Source: Occultella glacieicola (GTDB lineage: Bacteria; Actinomycetota; Actinomycetes; Actinomycetales; Beutenbergiaceae). Taken from it: DNA of 39,640 bases. Below, one piece after another: positions 1-8,259 of the stretch (the first letter of the stretch is position 1; each line of letters begins with the position of its first letter). The notes under the pieces are model-generated. The model was not told the origin of the DNA and searched no databases. It saw only the letters and a list, made by a program, of their open reading frames with translations. Both the position numbers and the translations under genes were made by a program. The stretch covers positions 62,001-101,640 of the forward strand of contig NZ_SMNA01000016.1 in assembly GCF_004353825.1 (NCBI RefSeq), read 5' to 3'.

Positions 1-724
1 TCGTCCGGGTCGCGCCGTCGGGCAGGATCGAGATCGTGCCGCCGGTCAGAGCGACCTCGCCGCCCCAATAGTTCTCGTTGCGGATGATCTCCAGACCCGT
101 GTCGTAGTTGACGTCGACGATCTCGAACGGCCCGGTGCAGGTGCCCACCACGTCGATCTGTGCGCCTGTGAATGCCGCCTCCGCAAGGATCCCGGCCGAG
201 GGTGTGCTCAGCCGCAGAGGCAGCAGAGGATCCGGGACCGGCGTGGTGACCAGTACCGTCCCGTCCTCGCCGGCCTCGATGGCGGTCACCGTCGAGGGGT
301 TGAACGACCGGGCTGCGGTGTCCGACTCGAGGGTGTGGGTCAGCGCGTTGGCGACTGCCTCGGGTGTCAGGTCGGTGCCATCCTGGAACTGAACACCCTC
401 GCGGATCGTGAACGACCAGGTCAGATCGTCGACCTGTGACCACTCGGTGGCGAGGGACGGTTCCAGCTCGCCCGACTCGGTGTAACGGGCGAGCGGTTCG
501 AGACAGCCGGCGCGGGTGAGGATGAAGGCATCGTCGGTGCCCAGCGCGAAGCTGGCGTCGATGGTCAGCCACTCTGCGAGGGTGATGTGGCCGCCGGCGT
601 CGCCGCCGGAGCCGCCGGGCTCGTCTCCTCCGGTTCCACCACCGGAACCATCGTCGAAACTACATGCGCCGAGCGCCAGCGTGACAGCGACTATGCCGCT
701 GAGGCGGGGAATCGAACGTCTCAT
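1..724 (-). CDS. ABC transporter substrate-binding lipoprotein, family 5 (peptide/nickel); runs off the left edge
   Basis: Not in the ORF track. Manual translation from ATG 724 gives MRRSIPRLSGIVAVTLALGAC (lipobox) ... LEPSLATEWSQVDDLTWSFTIREGVQFQDGTDLTPEAV, the SBP_bac_5 signature. AGGAG lies upstream. Confidence 0.9.
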   Translation of the reverse strand, partial: MRRSIPRLSGIVAVTLALGACSFDDGSGGGTGGDEPGGSGGDAGGHITLAEWLTIDASFALGTDDAFILTRAGCLEPLARYTESGELEPSLATEWSQVDDLTWSFTIREGVQFQDGTDLTPEAVANALTHTLESDTAARSFNPSTVTAIEAGEDGTVLVTTPVPDPLLPLRLSTPSAGILAEAAFTGAQIDVVGTCTGPFEIVDVNYDTGLEIIRNENYWGGEVALTGGTISILPDGATRT

Positions 725-1029
725 CGAAGGTGCTCCTGTCGTATCTGGAAACGGCTCACCGTGAAGCCGCGAGTCATCAACTTGGTGGTCATACGGTCAC
801 GCCCGGTGACGGAGCGTTGTCCGCCAGTCCACGAAATTGTGCTACAGGTGCCTGTCGACGGGTGAGGTGCTTCAGTTGATTACCATTCCGACCGACAGAA
901 TGCTCACTGGAGTCCTGGTGCCTCTCGTACTGATAACGACATTGTTACAAACTCGGTCCGGTCCTCCGAGTAACCTGCACCAGGACGAATCTCAAAGGTG
1001 TGAACGGTTCCCCCTATCGAATCCTGCTG

Positions 1030-1299
1030 CTATTGCGCCAGGGTGGCGATCACCTCCTCGGTTCCGATCCGGCCCGGTCGAGGAGGGGCGAAAATGCCGG
1101 CCCTGCGCACCACGTCGGGAGGTGCGTCCGCGTCCGCCACCGGATCCAGCGGGGACGCCGAGGAACCGGGGGCCGGCACAGCCTTGCTGTAGCGGACAGA
1201 TCGCGCCGCCGCCGACGACATCCGCGGCGCGGCTCCTGGGTCCGCGCGCCTCGGTCGGTCCGGGCGCAGGCGGATCACGTGCGGGTTGCCCTCGCTCAT
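1030..1299 (-). CDS. Small hypothetical protein (89 aa, MSEGNPHVIRLRP...)
   Basis: Strong SD (AGGGAGG) just before ATG 1299 and a candidate promoter immediately upstream; no recognisable domain. Confidence 0.4.
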   Translation of the reverse strand: MSEGNPHVIRLRPDRPRRADPGAAPRMSSAAARSVRYSKAVPAPGSSASPLDPVADADAPPDVVRRAGIFAPPRPGRIGTEEVIATLAQ

Positions 1300-1331
1300 A
1301 TCGCCTCCCTTCGGGGTGGGGCCGTGGCTAG

Positions 1332-1360
1332 ATTGTCGACAACTTGGCACGCGTTGTCAA
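1332..1360 (-). promoter_or_regulatory. Sigma70-type promoter overlapped by TTGTYRACAA palindromic operators (GntR-like)
   Basis: Minus strand TTGACA-17 nt-GACAAT. Perfect palindrome TTGTCGACAA at 1333-1342, TTGTCAACAG at 1354-1363, third copy TTGTTGACAA at 1458-1467. Confidence 0.55.
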
Positions 1361-1484
1361 CAGTGCCAACACATCAGAAACTGGAGATCGGCTCCTTTAG
1401 TGCCGTATCCAGTGCAGGAGAGCGACAGGTTGGCCGCCTACGGGGATCGTGGACCGATTGTTGACAAGCGTTCGCAATCCGACT

Positions 1485-2306
1485 TCAGGCCCGGGAGGAC
1501 TGCTCCGCCGCCGCATGGTGCCGCCCGATCGGGAGCATCAGCGGCTTGCCGGAGACCGGATCCGGGATGACCCGGGAGTCGAGCCCGAACACGGTCCGCA
1601 CGGTCTCGTCGGTGAGCACCTCGCCGGGCTCGCCGACGGCGTGCACCCGCCCGTCGGCCATGGCGATCAGGTGGTCGGCGTACCGGGCGGCCAGGTTCAG
1701 GTCGTGCAGCACCATCACGATCGTGGTGCCGCGGTCGGCGTTCAGGTCGGTGAGCAGGTCGAGCACCTCGATCTGGTGGCTCACGTCCAGGAACGTGGTC
1801 GGCTCGTCCAGGAGCAGCACGTCGGTCTGCTGGGCCAGGGCCATCGCGATCCAGACCCGCTGGCGCTGACCGCCGGAGAGCTCGTCGACCGCGCGCTCGG
1901 CGAGGTCCGCCGTCGCCGTGGCGTCCAGGGCGTCCGCGACCGCCGCGTCGTCGTCGGCGGACCAGCGGGACAGCAGACCCTGGTGCGGGTGCCGGCCCCG
2001 GCCGACCAGGTCCGCCACGGTGATGCCCTCGGGCGCGATGGGCGACTGCGGCAGCAGGCCGAGGGTGCGGGCGAGCTCCTTCGCCGGGATCTTGTGGACC
2101 TGCCGCCCATCGAGCAGCACCTGGCCGCCGCGCGGGCTGAGCAGCCGGGACATCGCGCGCAGCAGCGTGGACTTGCCGCACGCGTTCGCGCCGACGATGG
2201 CGGTGATCGCACCCGGTGGCACGATCAGGTCGAGCGAGGTGAGCACGGTGCGGTCGCCGTAGCCAACGGTCAGGGACTCGGCCGTGAGTGAGCGGTCCTT
2301 GGTCAC
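1485..2306 (-). CDS. Iron-siderophore ABC transporter ATP-binding protein (FepC/FhuC-like)
   Basis: Walker A GANACGKS, LSGGQRQR signature, LLLDEPT, VLHDLN. GTG start overlaps the upstream stop (GTGA, 2303-2306). Confidence 0.95.
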   Translation of the reverse strand: MTKDRSLTAESLTVGYGDRTVLTSLDLIVPPGAITAIVGANACGKSTLLRAMSRLLSPRGGQVLLDGRQVHKIPAKELARTLGLLPQSPIAPEGITVADLVGRGRHPHQGLLSRWSADDDAAVADALDATATADLAERAVDELSGGQRQRVWIAMALAQQTDVLLLDEPTTFLDVSHQIEVLDLLTDLNADRGTTIVMVLHDLNLAARYADHLIAMADGRVHAVGEPGEVLTDETVRTVFGLDSRVIPDPVSGKPLMLPIGRHHAAAEQSSRA

Positions 2307-3373
2307 AGGGAGCCTCCGACGCGGTTGGTGCGAACGATGAGATAGATGAGGTACGGCGCCCCGAGCACGCCGGTGATGACGCCGACCGGGAACCGGGTGC
2401 CGAACGCGAACTGCCCGGCCAGGTCGGCCACGAGCACGAGCAGCGCGCCGACGCAGGCCGAGGGAACGAGCAGCGAACCGCCCGGGCCGACCAGGCGGGC
2501 CGCGATCGGACCGGAGAGGAAGGCGACGAACGCGATCGGCCCGGCGGCCGCCGTCGCGAACGAGATGAGCAGCACCGCGGCGACGATCAGGACCAGCCGG
2601 GTGCGCTCGGGCCGGGCGCCGAGGGCCGCGGCGGCGTCCTCGCCGAGCTGGAGCGCGGCGAGGTTGCGCGAGTGCGCGAGGAGGACCGGTACGAGCACGG
2701 CGGCGGCGATCAGCACCGTGACCGTCTCGGGCCAGCGGGTGCCGTTCAGGCTGCCGGTGAGCCAGCGGGTGGCCTCCTGCAGATCCCACTGCGCGGCCTG
2801 GGAGAGCACGTACGCGGTGACGCTGTCCAGCATCGCGGAGATCCCGATGCCGATCAGGATCAGGCGGGTGCCGGCCACCCCGTCCTTGAACGCCAGCACG
2901 TACACGATCATCGCGACGGCGAGCCCGGCCACGATCGCGAAGACCGAGACCCCGGTCCCGCCCAGGGAGAGCATGACGATCGCGAACGCGGCCGCAGCGC
3001 TGGCCCCGGAGGAGATCCCGATGATGTCCGGGCTCGCCAGCGGGTTACGCAGCATCGTCTGGAAGGTGACCCCGGAGAGGCCGAAGCAGGCACCCGCGGC
3101 CACGGCGAGGACGGCTCGGGGCAGCCGCAGGGTGCCGACCGTGAACGAGGCCCCCGGCACGTCGTGCCCGAGGATCACGCCGATCACGTCGGCCGGCGGG
3201 TAGAACGTGCGCCCGACCATCAGGGTCACCGCGAAGATCGCGATGACGGCGACCGCGAGCACCGCGATGATCCTCCGACGGCGGGACGTGCGTCCGGTCC
3301 GGCCGCTGCGGACGGCCTCGAGGGTGCTGGTGGCCGGCCGGACGGCCGTTCGTGCCGTATCGGTCGCGGTCAC
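2303..3373 (-). CDS. FecCD-family iron-siderophore permease (FepG-like)
   Basis: LRLPRAVLA, RNPLASPDIIG, AGPIAFVA, PVGVITGVLGAPY. GTG start coupled to the upstream stop at 3370-3373. Confidence 0.95.
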   Translation of the reverse strand: MTATDTARTAVRPATSTLEAVRSGRTGRTSRRRRIIAVLAVAVIAIFAVTLMVGRTFYPPADVIGVILGHDVPGASFTVGTLRLPRAVLAVAAGACFGLSGVTFQTMLRNPLASPDIIGISSGASAAAAFAIVMLSLGGTGVSVFAIVAGLAVAMIVYVLAFKDGVAGTRLILIGIGISAMLDSVTAYVLSQAAQWDLQEATRWLTGSLNGTRWPETVTVLIAAAVLVPVLLAHSRNLAALQLGEDAAAALGARPERTRLVLIVAAVLLISFATAAAGPIAFVAFLSGPIAARLVGPGGSLLVPSACVGALLVLVADLAGQFAFGTRFPVGVITGVLGAPYLIYLIVRTNRVGGSL

Positions 3374-4419
3374 AGTTCGCGCACCTTCTGGCGGCGCACG
3401 ATCGCGATGAAGAACGGGGCGCCGATGAGCGCGGTGACGATGCCGACGGCGACCTCGCTCGGCCGCGCCGCGATCCGCCCGACGATGTCCGCGGCGGTCA
3501 GCAGCGCGGCACCGGTGACGGCGGAGAACGGCAGCAGCCAGCGGTGGTCGACGCCGACCAGCAGTCGGCACGCGTGCGGCACGACCAGCCCGACGAACCC
3601 GATCGGGCCGGTCACCGCCGTCGCCGCCCCGCACAGCACCACCGCGCCGAGCGAGGACACCCCGCGCGCGATCGCGACCCGCTCGCCGAGCCCGGCCGCG
3701 ACGTCGTCGCCGAGCGCGAGGGAGTTCAGGCCGCGGGCGCACAGCAGGCAGATCGCGAACCCGGCGACCAGGAACGGCGCCACCTGCCCGATGGACGCGT
3801 ACGTGGCCCCGCCGACGCCGCCGATCTGCCAGGACAGGGTGGCCTCCCCGACGTCGCCGCGGATGAGCCGGATGCCGCTGATGAACGAGGCGAGCGCGGC
3901 CGCCGTCGCGGCGCCGGCGAGGGCGAGCTTCAGCGGGGTGGCCCCGCCCCGGCCGAGGGACCCGATCACGTACACGGCGACGGCGGTGATCGCCGCCCCG
4001 GTGATGGCCACCCAGATGTAGCTGGACGCCGAGGTCAGGCCGAAGTAGGCGATGCCGACCACCACGGCGAGCGAGGCGCCCATGTTGATGCCCAGGATCC
4101 CCGGGTCGGCGAGTGGGTTCCGGGTCACGCCCTGCATCACGGCACCGGAGACGCCGAGCGCCGCGCCGGTGATCACGGCGAGCAGCGTGCGCGGGATCCG
4201 CTTGGCCACCGCGCCCTGGTCGAACCCGTCGGTGCCGCCGCCGAGCGCCGCGAGCACGTCCGCGAGGTCGACGTCGCGGGACCCGATCAGGATCGAGGCC
4301 ACCATCAGCCCCCCGAGGACGGCGAACACGGCCAGCAACCACAGGCCGCGGGCGCGCCGCGGCCGCCGGCTCCGGGAGTCGGAGGCGGCGGCCGGGGCGC
4401 TGGTGGAGGTCGCGGTCAC
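3370..4419 (-). CDS. FecCD-family iron-siderophore permease (FepD-like)
   Basis: RIPRTLLA, QGVTRNPLADPGILG, GPIGFVGLVVPH, GIVTALIGAPFF. Confidence 0.95.
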   Translation of the reverse strand: MTATSTSAPAAASDSRSRRPRRARGLWLLAVFAVLGGLMVASILIGSRDVDLADVLAALGGGTDGFDQGAVAKRIPRTLLAVITGAALGVSGAVMQGVTRNPLADPGILGINMGASLAVVVGIAYFGLTSASSYIWVAITGAAITAVAVYVIGSLGRGGATPLKLALAGAATAAALASFISGIRLIRGDVGEATLSWQIGGVGGATYASIGQVAPFLVAGFAICLLCARGLNSLALGDDVAAGLGERVAIARGVSSLGAVVLCGAATAVTGPIGFVGLVVPHACRLLVGVDHRWLLPFSAVTGAALLTAADIVGRIAARPSEVAVGIVTALIGAPFFIAIVRRQKVREL

Positions 4420-5459
4420 TGGGCGGCGTCGGCCGCCTCACCCAACAGGGCCAGGTAGTCGTCGAGGATCCAGGAGATGGACAGCGGGGTCGGGTTCGCC
4501 GCGGTGCCCAGCGGGCTGGTGCCCGGCAGGTTCACGATCGCCCCGTTCGCGACGGCGGGCATCTGGGACAGCAGCGGGTCCGCCTCGAGGGCGGTGACCA
4601 GCTCGTCGCCGCCGTAGGTGACGATGATGTCGACGTCGTTGAACGCATCGGCCTGCTCGGCGCTCTGGGTGAGGGCGAACTGGTCGGTCCCGGCCGACGC
4701 GGTGGCGACCGACTCCGGGGTGGTGAGGCCGAGGTCGTCGAAGAACAGGGCCCGGGTGTCGTGCGTGGTGTAGAAGCTGACCTCGCTCAGGTCGGTGGTG
4801 TCCACGTGGGTCAGGAACATCGCCGTGTGGCCCTCGAGCTGCGGGTACTCGGCGACGGCGTCGGCGATCTCGGTCTCGAGGTCGGCGATCAACTGCTCAC
4901 CCTCGGCGGCCATGCCCATCGCGGTCGAGTTCACCTCGATGATCTCGCGCCACGGGGTGGCCCACGGGGCGTCCGGGTAGGGCACCACCGGCGCGATCTC
5001 GCTGAGGGTGTCGTAGTCGTCCTGGGTCAGTCCGGAGTACGCGGCCAGGATCACGTCCGGAGCGGTGTCCGCGACCGCCTCGAAGTCGATCCCGTCCGTC
5101 TCGTCGAAAAGCACCGGGGTCTCGCCGCCGAGTTCGGTCAGCTTCTCCTCGACCCACGGCAGCAGGCCGTCGCCGTCGTCGTCACCGAAGTTCGCCGCGG
5201 CCATGCCGACCGGGACCACGCCGAGGGCCAGCGGCACCTCGTGGTTGGCCCAGTTCACCGTGGCGACCCGCTCGGGCTGGGCCTCGATCGTGGTGGTGCC
5301 GAGCGCGTGTTCGATGACGATCGGGTACTCGCCGTCCGCAGCGGCCGGGGTCGGGTCGTTCTCGGCGGCACCGGAGGCGTTGCCGCCGGAGCCACAGGCG
5401 GCGAGGGTGAGGGCGGCCGCGGCGGCGACGGCGGCTGCGAGGGGGCGGTAGGAACGCAC
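4416..5459 (-). CDS. Iron-siderophore ABC substrate-binding lipoprotein
   Basis: Lipobox LAAC, IEHALGTTTI..PERVATV, ALGVVPVG, IDFEAVA..PDVIL (Peripla_BP_2 pattern). Confidence 0.93.
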   Translation of the reverse strand: MRSYRPLAAAVAAAAALTLAACGSGGNASGAAENDPTPAAADGEYPIVIEHALGTTTIEAQPERVATVNWANHEVPLALGVVPVGMAAANFGDDDGDGLLPWVEEKLTELGGETPVLFDETDGIDFEAVADTAPDVILAAYSGLTQDDYDTLSEIAPVVPYPDAPWATPWREIIEVNSTAMGMAAEGEQLIADLETEIADAVAEYPQLEGHTAMFLTHVDTTDLSEVSFYTTHDTRALFFDDLGLTTPESVATASAGTDQFALTQSAEQADAFNDVDIIVTYGGDELVTALEADPLLSQMPAVANGAIVNLPGTSPLGTAANPTPLSISWILDDYLALLGEAADAAQ

Positions 5460-5539
5460 GGGGAAGTGACTCCACTCTCGGTGTGGGGATGATGGGGGGA
5501 GGGTCTGGCGTTAGCCTCGGTCGGACCGGGTCCGTCCAC

Positions 5540-5558
5540 TTAGGTATGGCGACCCTAA
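5540..5558. promoter_or_regulatory. IdeR/DtxR/DmdR iron box
   Basis: 19-bp TTAGGTATGGCGACCCTAA (reverse TTAGGGTCGCCATACCTAA) resembles TWAGGTWAGSCTWACCTWA; upstream of the siderophore SBP. Confidence 0.85.
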
Positions 5559-5644
5559 CACCGGGGGATTGCTCCCCACAACGTGCGCCCGTGAGGGTGC
5601 TGAGGTGGCGACCACTTCGACACTCTCGCGCGGGAGGTGGGCGG

Positions 5645-6493
5645 TCAGTGTCGCTTCGGCGCCTTCCAGTACCCGGAGAAGGTGACGTCGTCCTTCGCCA
5701 TCCCGCCCCGGACCAGGTGCCGGCGCAATGCGACCGGGAGGGTTTGCTCGCCCGACACCCAGACGTAGGTCCCCGGCGTCGGCGCGGGTAGGGCCAGGGC
5801 CGCGTCGAGCACCGCGCGGCCGGGGGTGTCGTGGTGGTCGGCCTGGTTGGCACGGATCACCCAGGTGACCTCCACGCCGTCGGGCGCGTCGACGTCCTGG
5901 CGGTCGTCGGAGGCGGGGATCTCGATCAGGGCCCGGCCGGTGGTGGCCCGCGGCAGGGACTCCAGGATCCCGGCGATGGCGGGCAGTGCCGTCTCGTCCC
6001 CGACGAGCAGGACGGCCTCCGCCTGCGGCTCGGCCCGGAAGCCGATGCCCTCGTCCAGGATCGCGACCACATCGCCCGGTGCGCAGGTCTGCGCCCACGA
6101 CGCGGCCGGACCGGCCGTCCCGTCCGCTGCGCTGCCGTGCAGCACGAAGTCGACGTCGAGCTCGGGGCCCTGCGGGCCGTCCGGCCGGTGGGCGCGCACC
6201 GTGTAGTTGCGCAGCACCGGGCGCTCGGTCTTCGCGTGGGTGAGGTACTTCAGGTAGCTGAACGTGTCCAGTTTGCTCGGCACCCAGCCCAGCGACTCGG
6301 GGTCCGTGATCGGGATGAACAGGCGGAACCACTGGTCGAAGCCCATCGGGACGAACTGCTCGATGTCCCCGCCGCCGAGCGTCACCCGGGCGAAGTTCGT
6401 GGAGATCCGCTCGGTGCGCAGCACCGTGAGGGTGACCAGCGTGGTGGTCTCCGGCTTCGAGCGCACCGCCGTCATGTTCGTGCGGACCACCAT
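5645..6493 (-). CDS. Siderophore-interacting protein (ViuB/SIP, FAD-binding ferric reductase)
   Basis: GFDQWFRLF, LRNYTVR, DVDFVLH..GPAASWA, LLVGDETALPAI, FSGYWK. GGAG before ATG 6493. Confidence 0.93.
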   Translation of the reverse strand: MVVRTNMTAVRSKPETTTLVTLTVLRTERISTNFARVTLGGGDIEQFVPMGFDQWFRLFIPITDPESLGWVPSKLDTFSYLKYLTHAKTERPVLRNYTVRAHRPDGPQGPELDVDFVLHGSAADGTAGPAASWAQTCAPGDVVAILDEGIGFRAEPQAEAVLLVGDETALPAIAGILESLPRATTGRALIEIPASDDRQDVDAPDGVEVTWVIRANQADHHDTPGRAVLDAALALPAPTPGTYVWVSGEQTLPVALRRHLVRGGMAKDDVTFSGYWKAPKRH

Positions 6494-6514
6494 GGACTCC
6501 TGACCGATCGGGAC

Positions 6515-6533
6515 TGAGGCGAGGCTTACCTTA
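6515..6533. promoter_or_regulatory. IdeR/DtxR/DmdR iron box
   Basis: Minus strand TAAGGTAAGCCTCGCCTCA, 16/19 match to the consensus, about 20 bp upstream of the SIP start. Confidence 0.88.
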
Positions 6534-6551
6534 CTCGTCCGGCGAGGAAGC

Positions 6552-7205
6552 TCAAGCCTCGACGTCCACCCACTCCTGACCGAGCGCGCGGAGTTCGCCG
6601 GTACCCGCCGTCGCGGCCGCGACCCGGGCCGACAGTTCGGCCGCGTCACCGGACAGGCGCAGCACGGCCCGCTCGCCGTAGCCGACGTCCAGGACCGCCG
6701 TGCCCGGATGGCGGCGCAGTTCGGCCTCGACCCTGCCGGCGTCGGCGTGCGGCAGCGCGAGGGAGAACAGGTCCCGGCGCTCGCGCGCAACGAGCAGGCC
6801 GGCCGCCCCGGCCGTGTCGATCCCGGCGAGGACGGCGTCGGAGTAGGCGCGCACCAGGCCGCCCGCGCCCAGCAGCACGCCGCCGAAGTACCGGGTCACC
6901 ACGGCCACGCAGTCCATCAGGTGCCGCCCGGTCAGCGCCTCGAGCATCGGCGCGCCCGCCGTGCCGGACGGTTCTCCGTCGTCGTTCGAGCGGCGCACCT
7001 GGCCGGGGTCGTCGGCGGCGCCGAGCACGAACGCCGAGCAGTGGTGCCGGGCGCCGTGGTGCTCCTTGCGGGCCTGCTCGACGGCGGCCCTCGCCATCTC
7101 CTCGTCGCGCACCCGGACGAGGCGGCAGAGGAAGCGGGAGCGCTTCACCTCGATCTCGGCGTCCACGCGGGCGCCGGGACCGCCGCGCAGGGTCAGACCG
7201 GTCAT
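6552..7205 (-). CDS. yigZ: YigZ/IMPACT family protein
   Basis: EVKRSRF, ARHHCSAF, SNDDGEPSGTAG.PML, VVTRYFGGVLLGAGGLVRAY. Confidence 0.92.
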   Translation of the reverse strand: MTGLTLRGGPGARVDAEIEVKRSRFLCRLVRVRDEEMARAAVEQARKEHHGARHHCSAFVLGAADDPGQVRRSNDDGEPSGTAGAPMLEALTGRHLMDCVAVVTRYFGGVLLGAGGLVRAYSDAVLAGIDTAGAAGLLVARERRDLFSLALPHADAGRVEAELRRHPGTAVLDVGYGERAVLRLSGDAAELSARVAAATAGTGELRALGQEWVDVEA

Positions 7206-7321
7206 CGGGACATTCTCCCGCTCCGGCGAGCCTCGGTGGCCGAGCGACGTCGCGGACGTGGCAACCTGGACGCCATGAGCCCCCGGTCGTCCCCTGGCAC
7301 GTCCGCCTGGAGGGTGCCCGG

Positions 7322-8059
7322 GTGATGGTGGTGCCCGCCCTCCTCGCGGTCGTCGTCGGGGCCCTGCTGCAGCGACTCACGGGGATGGGTTTCGCGCTGG
7401 TGTCGGCACCGTTCCTGGTGCTGCTGCTCGGGCCGTTCGACGGCGTCCTGGTCGCCAACGCCGGCGGCGCATTCTCCTCGTTGATCCTGCTGCGCCGGCT
7501 ACGGTCCTGGATCGACTGGCACCGCTTCCGGTACCTGATGCCGGCGGCACTCGTGGGCATCGTGCCCGGCGCCTGGGTCGCACTGAACGTGCCGTCCCAC
7601 GTCCTGGACCTCAGCATCGGGCTCATCGTCGTCCTCGGGATGACCGCCTCGCTGATCGCGGCCCGCGCGGATGCGGCGTCCGGCACCCTGCCGATGCTCC
7701 TGCTCGGCGGTGCGTCCGGGTTCATGAACGTCACCGCGGGGGTGGGCGGTCCCGCGCTGAGCGTGTACGGCGTGGTCTCCCGCTGGTCGCAACTGTCGTT
7801 CGCGGCGACCCTGCAACCGCTGTTCCTGGTGATGGGGCTGGTCTCCCTCGGCGTCAAGTGGGCGGGGGAGCCCGCTGCGTTCGCGACCCTCGGTTGGCCG
7901 ATCTGGCTCGGCGTGGCGGCCGCGGTGCTGGTCGGCCTGGCGTTGGGGACCGGGCTCGCGCGGTGGGTCGGCCCCGGCACGGCTCGGGTCGTCGTGATCG
8001 TGATGGCCTACGCCGGCGGCGTGGCCACCCTGCTGCGAGGACTGTTCGCCGGCACCTGA
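7322..8059 (+). CDS. TauE/SafE (TSUP) family membrane transporter
   Basis: QRLTGMGFALV and SGFMNVTAGVGGP duplicated motifs; multiple hydrophobic segments. Confidence 0.85.
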   Translation: MMVVPALLAVVVGALLQRLTGMGFALVSAPFLVLLLGPFDGVLVANAGGAFSSLILLRRLRSWIDWHRFRYLMPAALVGIVPGAWVALNVPSHVLDLSIGLIVVLGMTASLIAARADAASGTLPMLLLGGASGFMNVTAGVGGPALSVYGVVSRWSQLSFAATLQPLFLVMGLVSLGVKWAGEPAAFATLGWPIWLGVAAAVLVGLALGTGLARWVGPGTARVVVIVMAYAGGVATLLRGLFAGT

Positions 8060-8100
8060 GGCCGATGTGCGCTGCGTCACACCGGCGTCCTGACCTGCGG

Positions 8101-8177
8101 GTTGGCCGCGCGGTCGATCGGCGTTCACCCGCGCGTCGACGGGTGGCGCGCCTGAGTTCACCCTCGGCTCGTACGTT
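8101..8177 (+). promoter_or_regulatory. PHO-box-like direct repeats plus -10 element
   Basis: GTTCACC at 8123 and 8156 (33 bp = 3x11) with GTTGGCC (8101) and GGTCGAT (8112) in the same 11-bp register; TACGTT at 8172; precedes a phosphate-scavenging operon. Confidence 0.7.
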
Positions 8178-8220
8178 CTTCGAGGCCCGCGGAACACGCT
8201 CCGCGCCCTCAGGAGGAACC

Positions 8221-8259
8221 GTGTCCCGTCCGCACCACCATCTCGGCATGCGTCCGTGA
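8221..8259 (+). CDS. 12-codon upstream ORF (MSRPHHHLGMRP) coupled to the permease start
   Basis: AGGAGG at 8211-8216, GTG 8221, TGA 8257-8259 overlapping GTG 8256 of the next gene. Confidence 0.45.
   Translation: MSRPHHHLGMRP

Noticed and set aside
725..1029. Known riboswitch (cobalamin, SAM, TPP, FMN, glycine, c-di-AMP) or T-box upstream of the ABC lipoprotein
   Set aside because: Core consensus blocks not found by eye; only a generic structured-RNA candidate is reported.
837..1331. Plus-strand ORFs 837-1331 and 1000-1464
   Set aside because: No SD or motifs and atypical composition; the minus-strand ORF has both promoter and SD support.
1344..1358. TTGGCAC resembling a sigma54 -24 box
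   Set aside because: No TTGC at -12, and sigma54 is generally absent from Actinobacteria; better explained as part of an inverted repeat or sigma70 spacer.
2303..4441. 712-aa fused permease and other N-terminally extended track ORFs (1485-2789, 8486-10150, 23324-26404, 28453-30096)
   Set aside because: Extensions are out-of-frame read-through of neighbouring genes; real starts are marked by stop/start overlaps or SD sequences.
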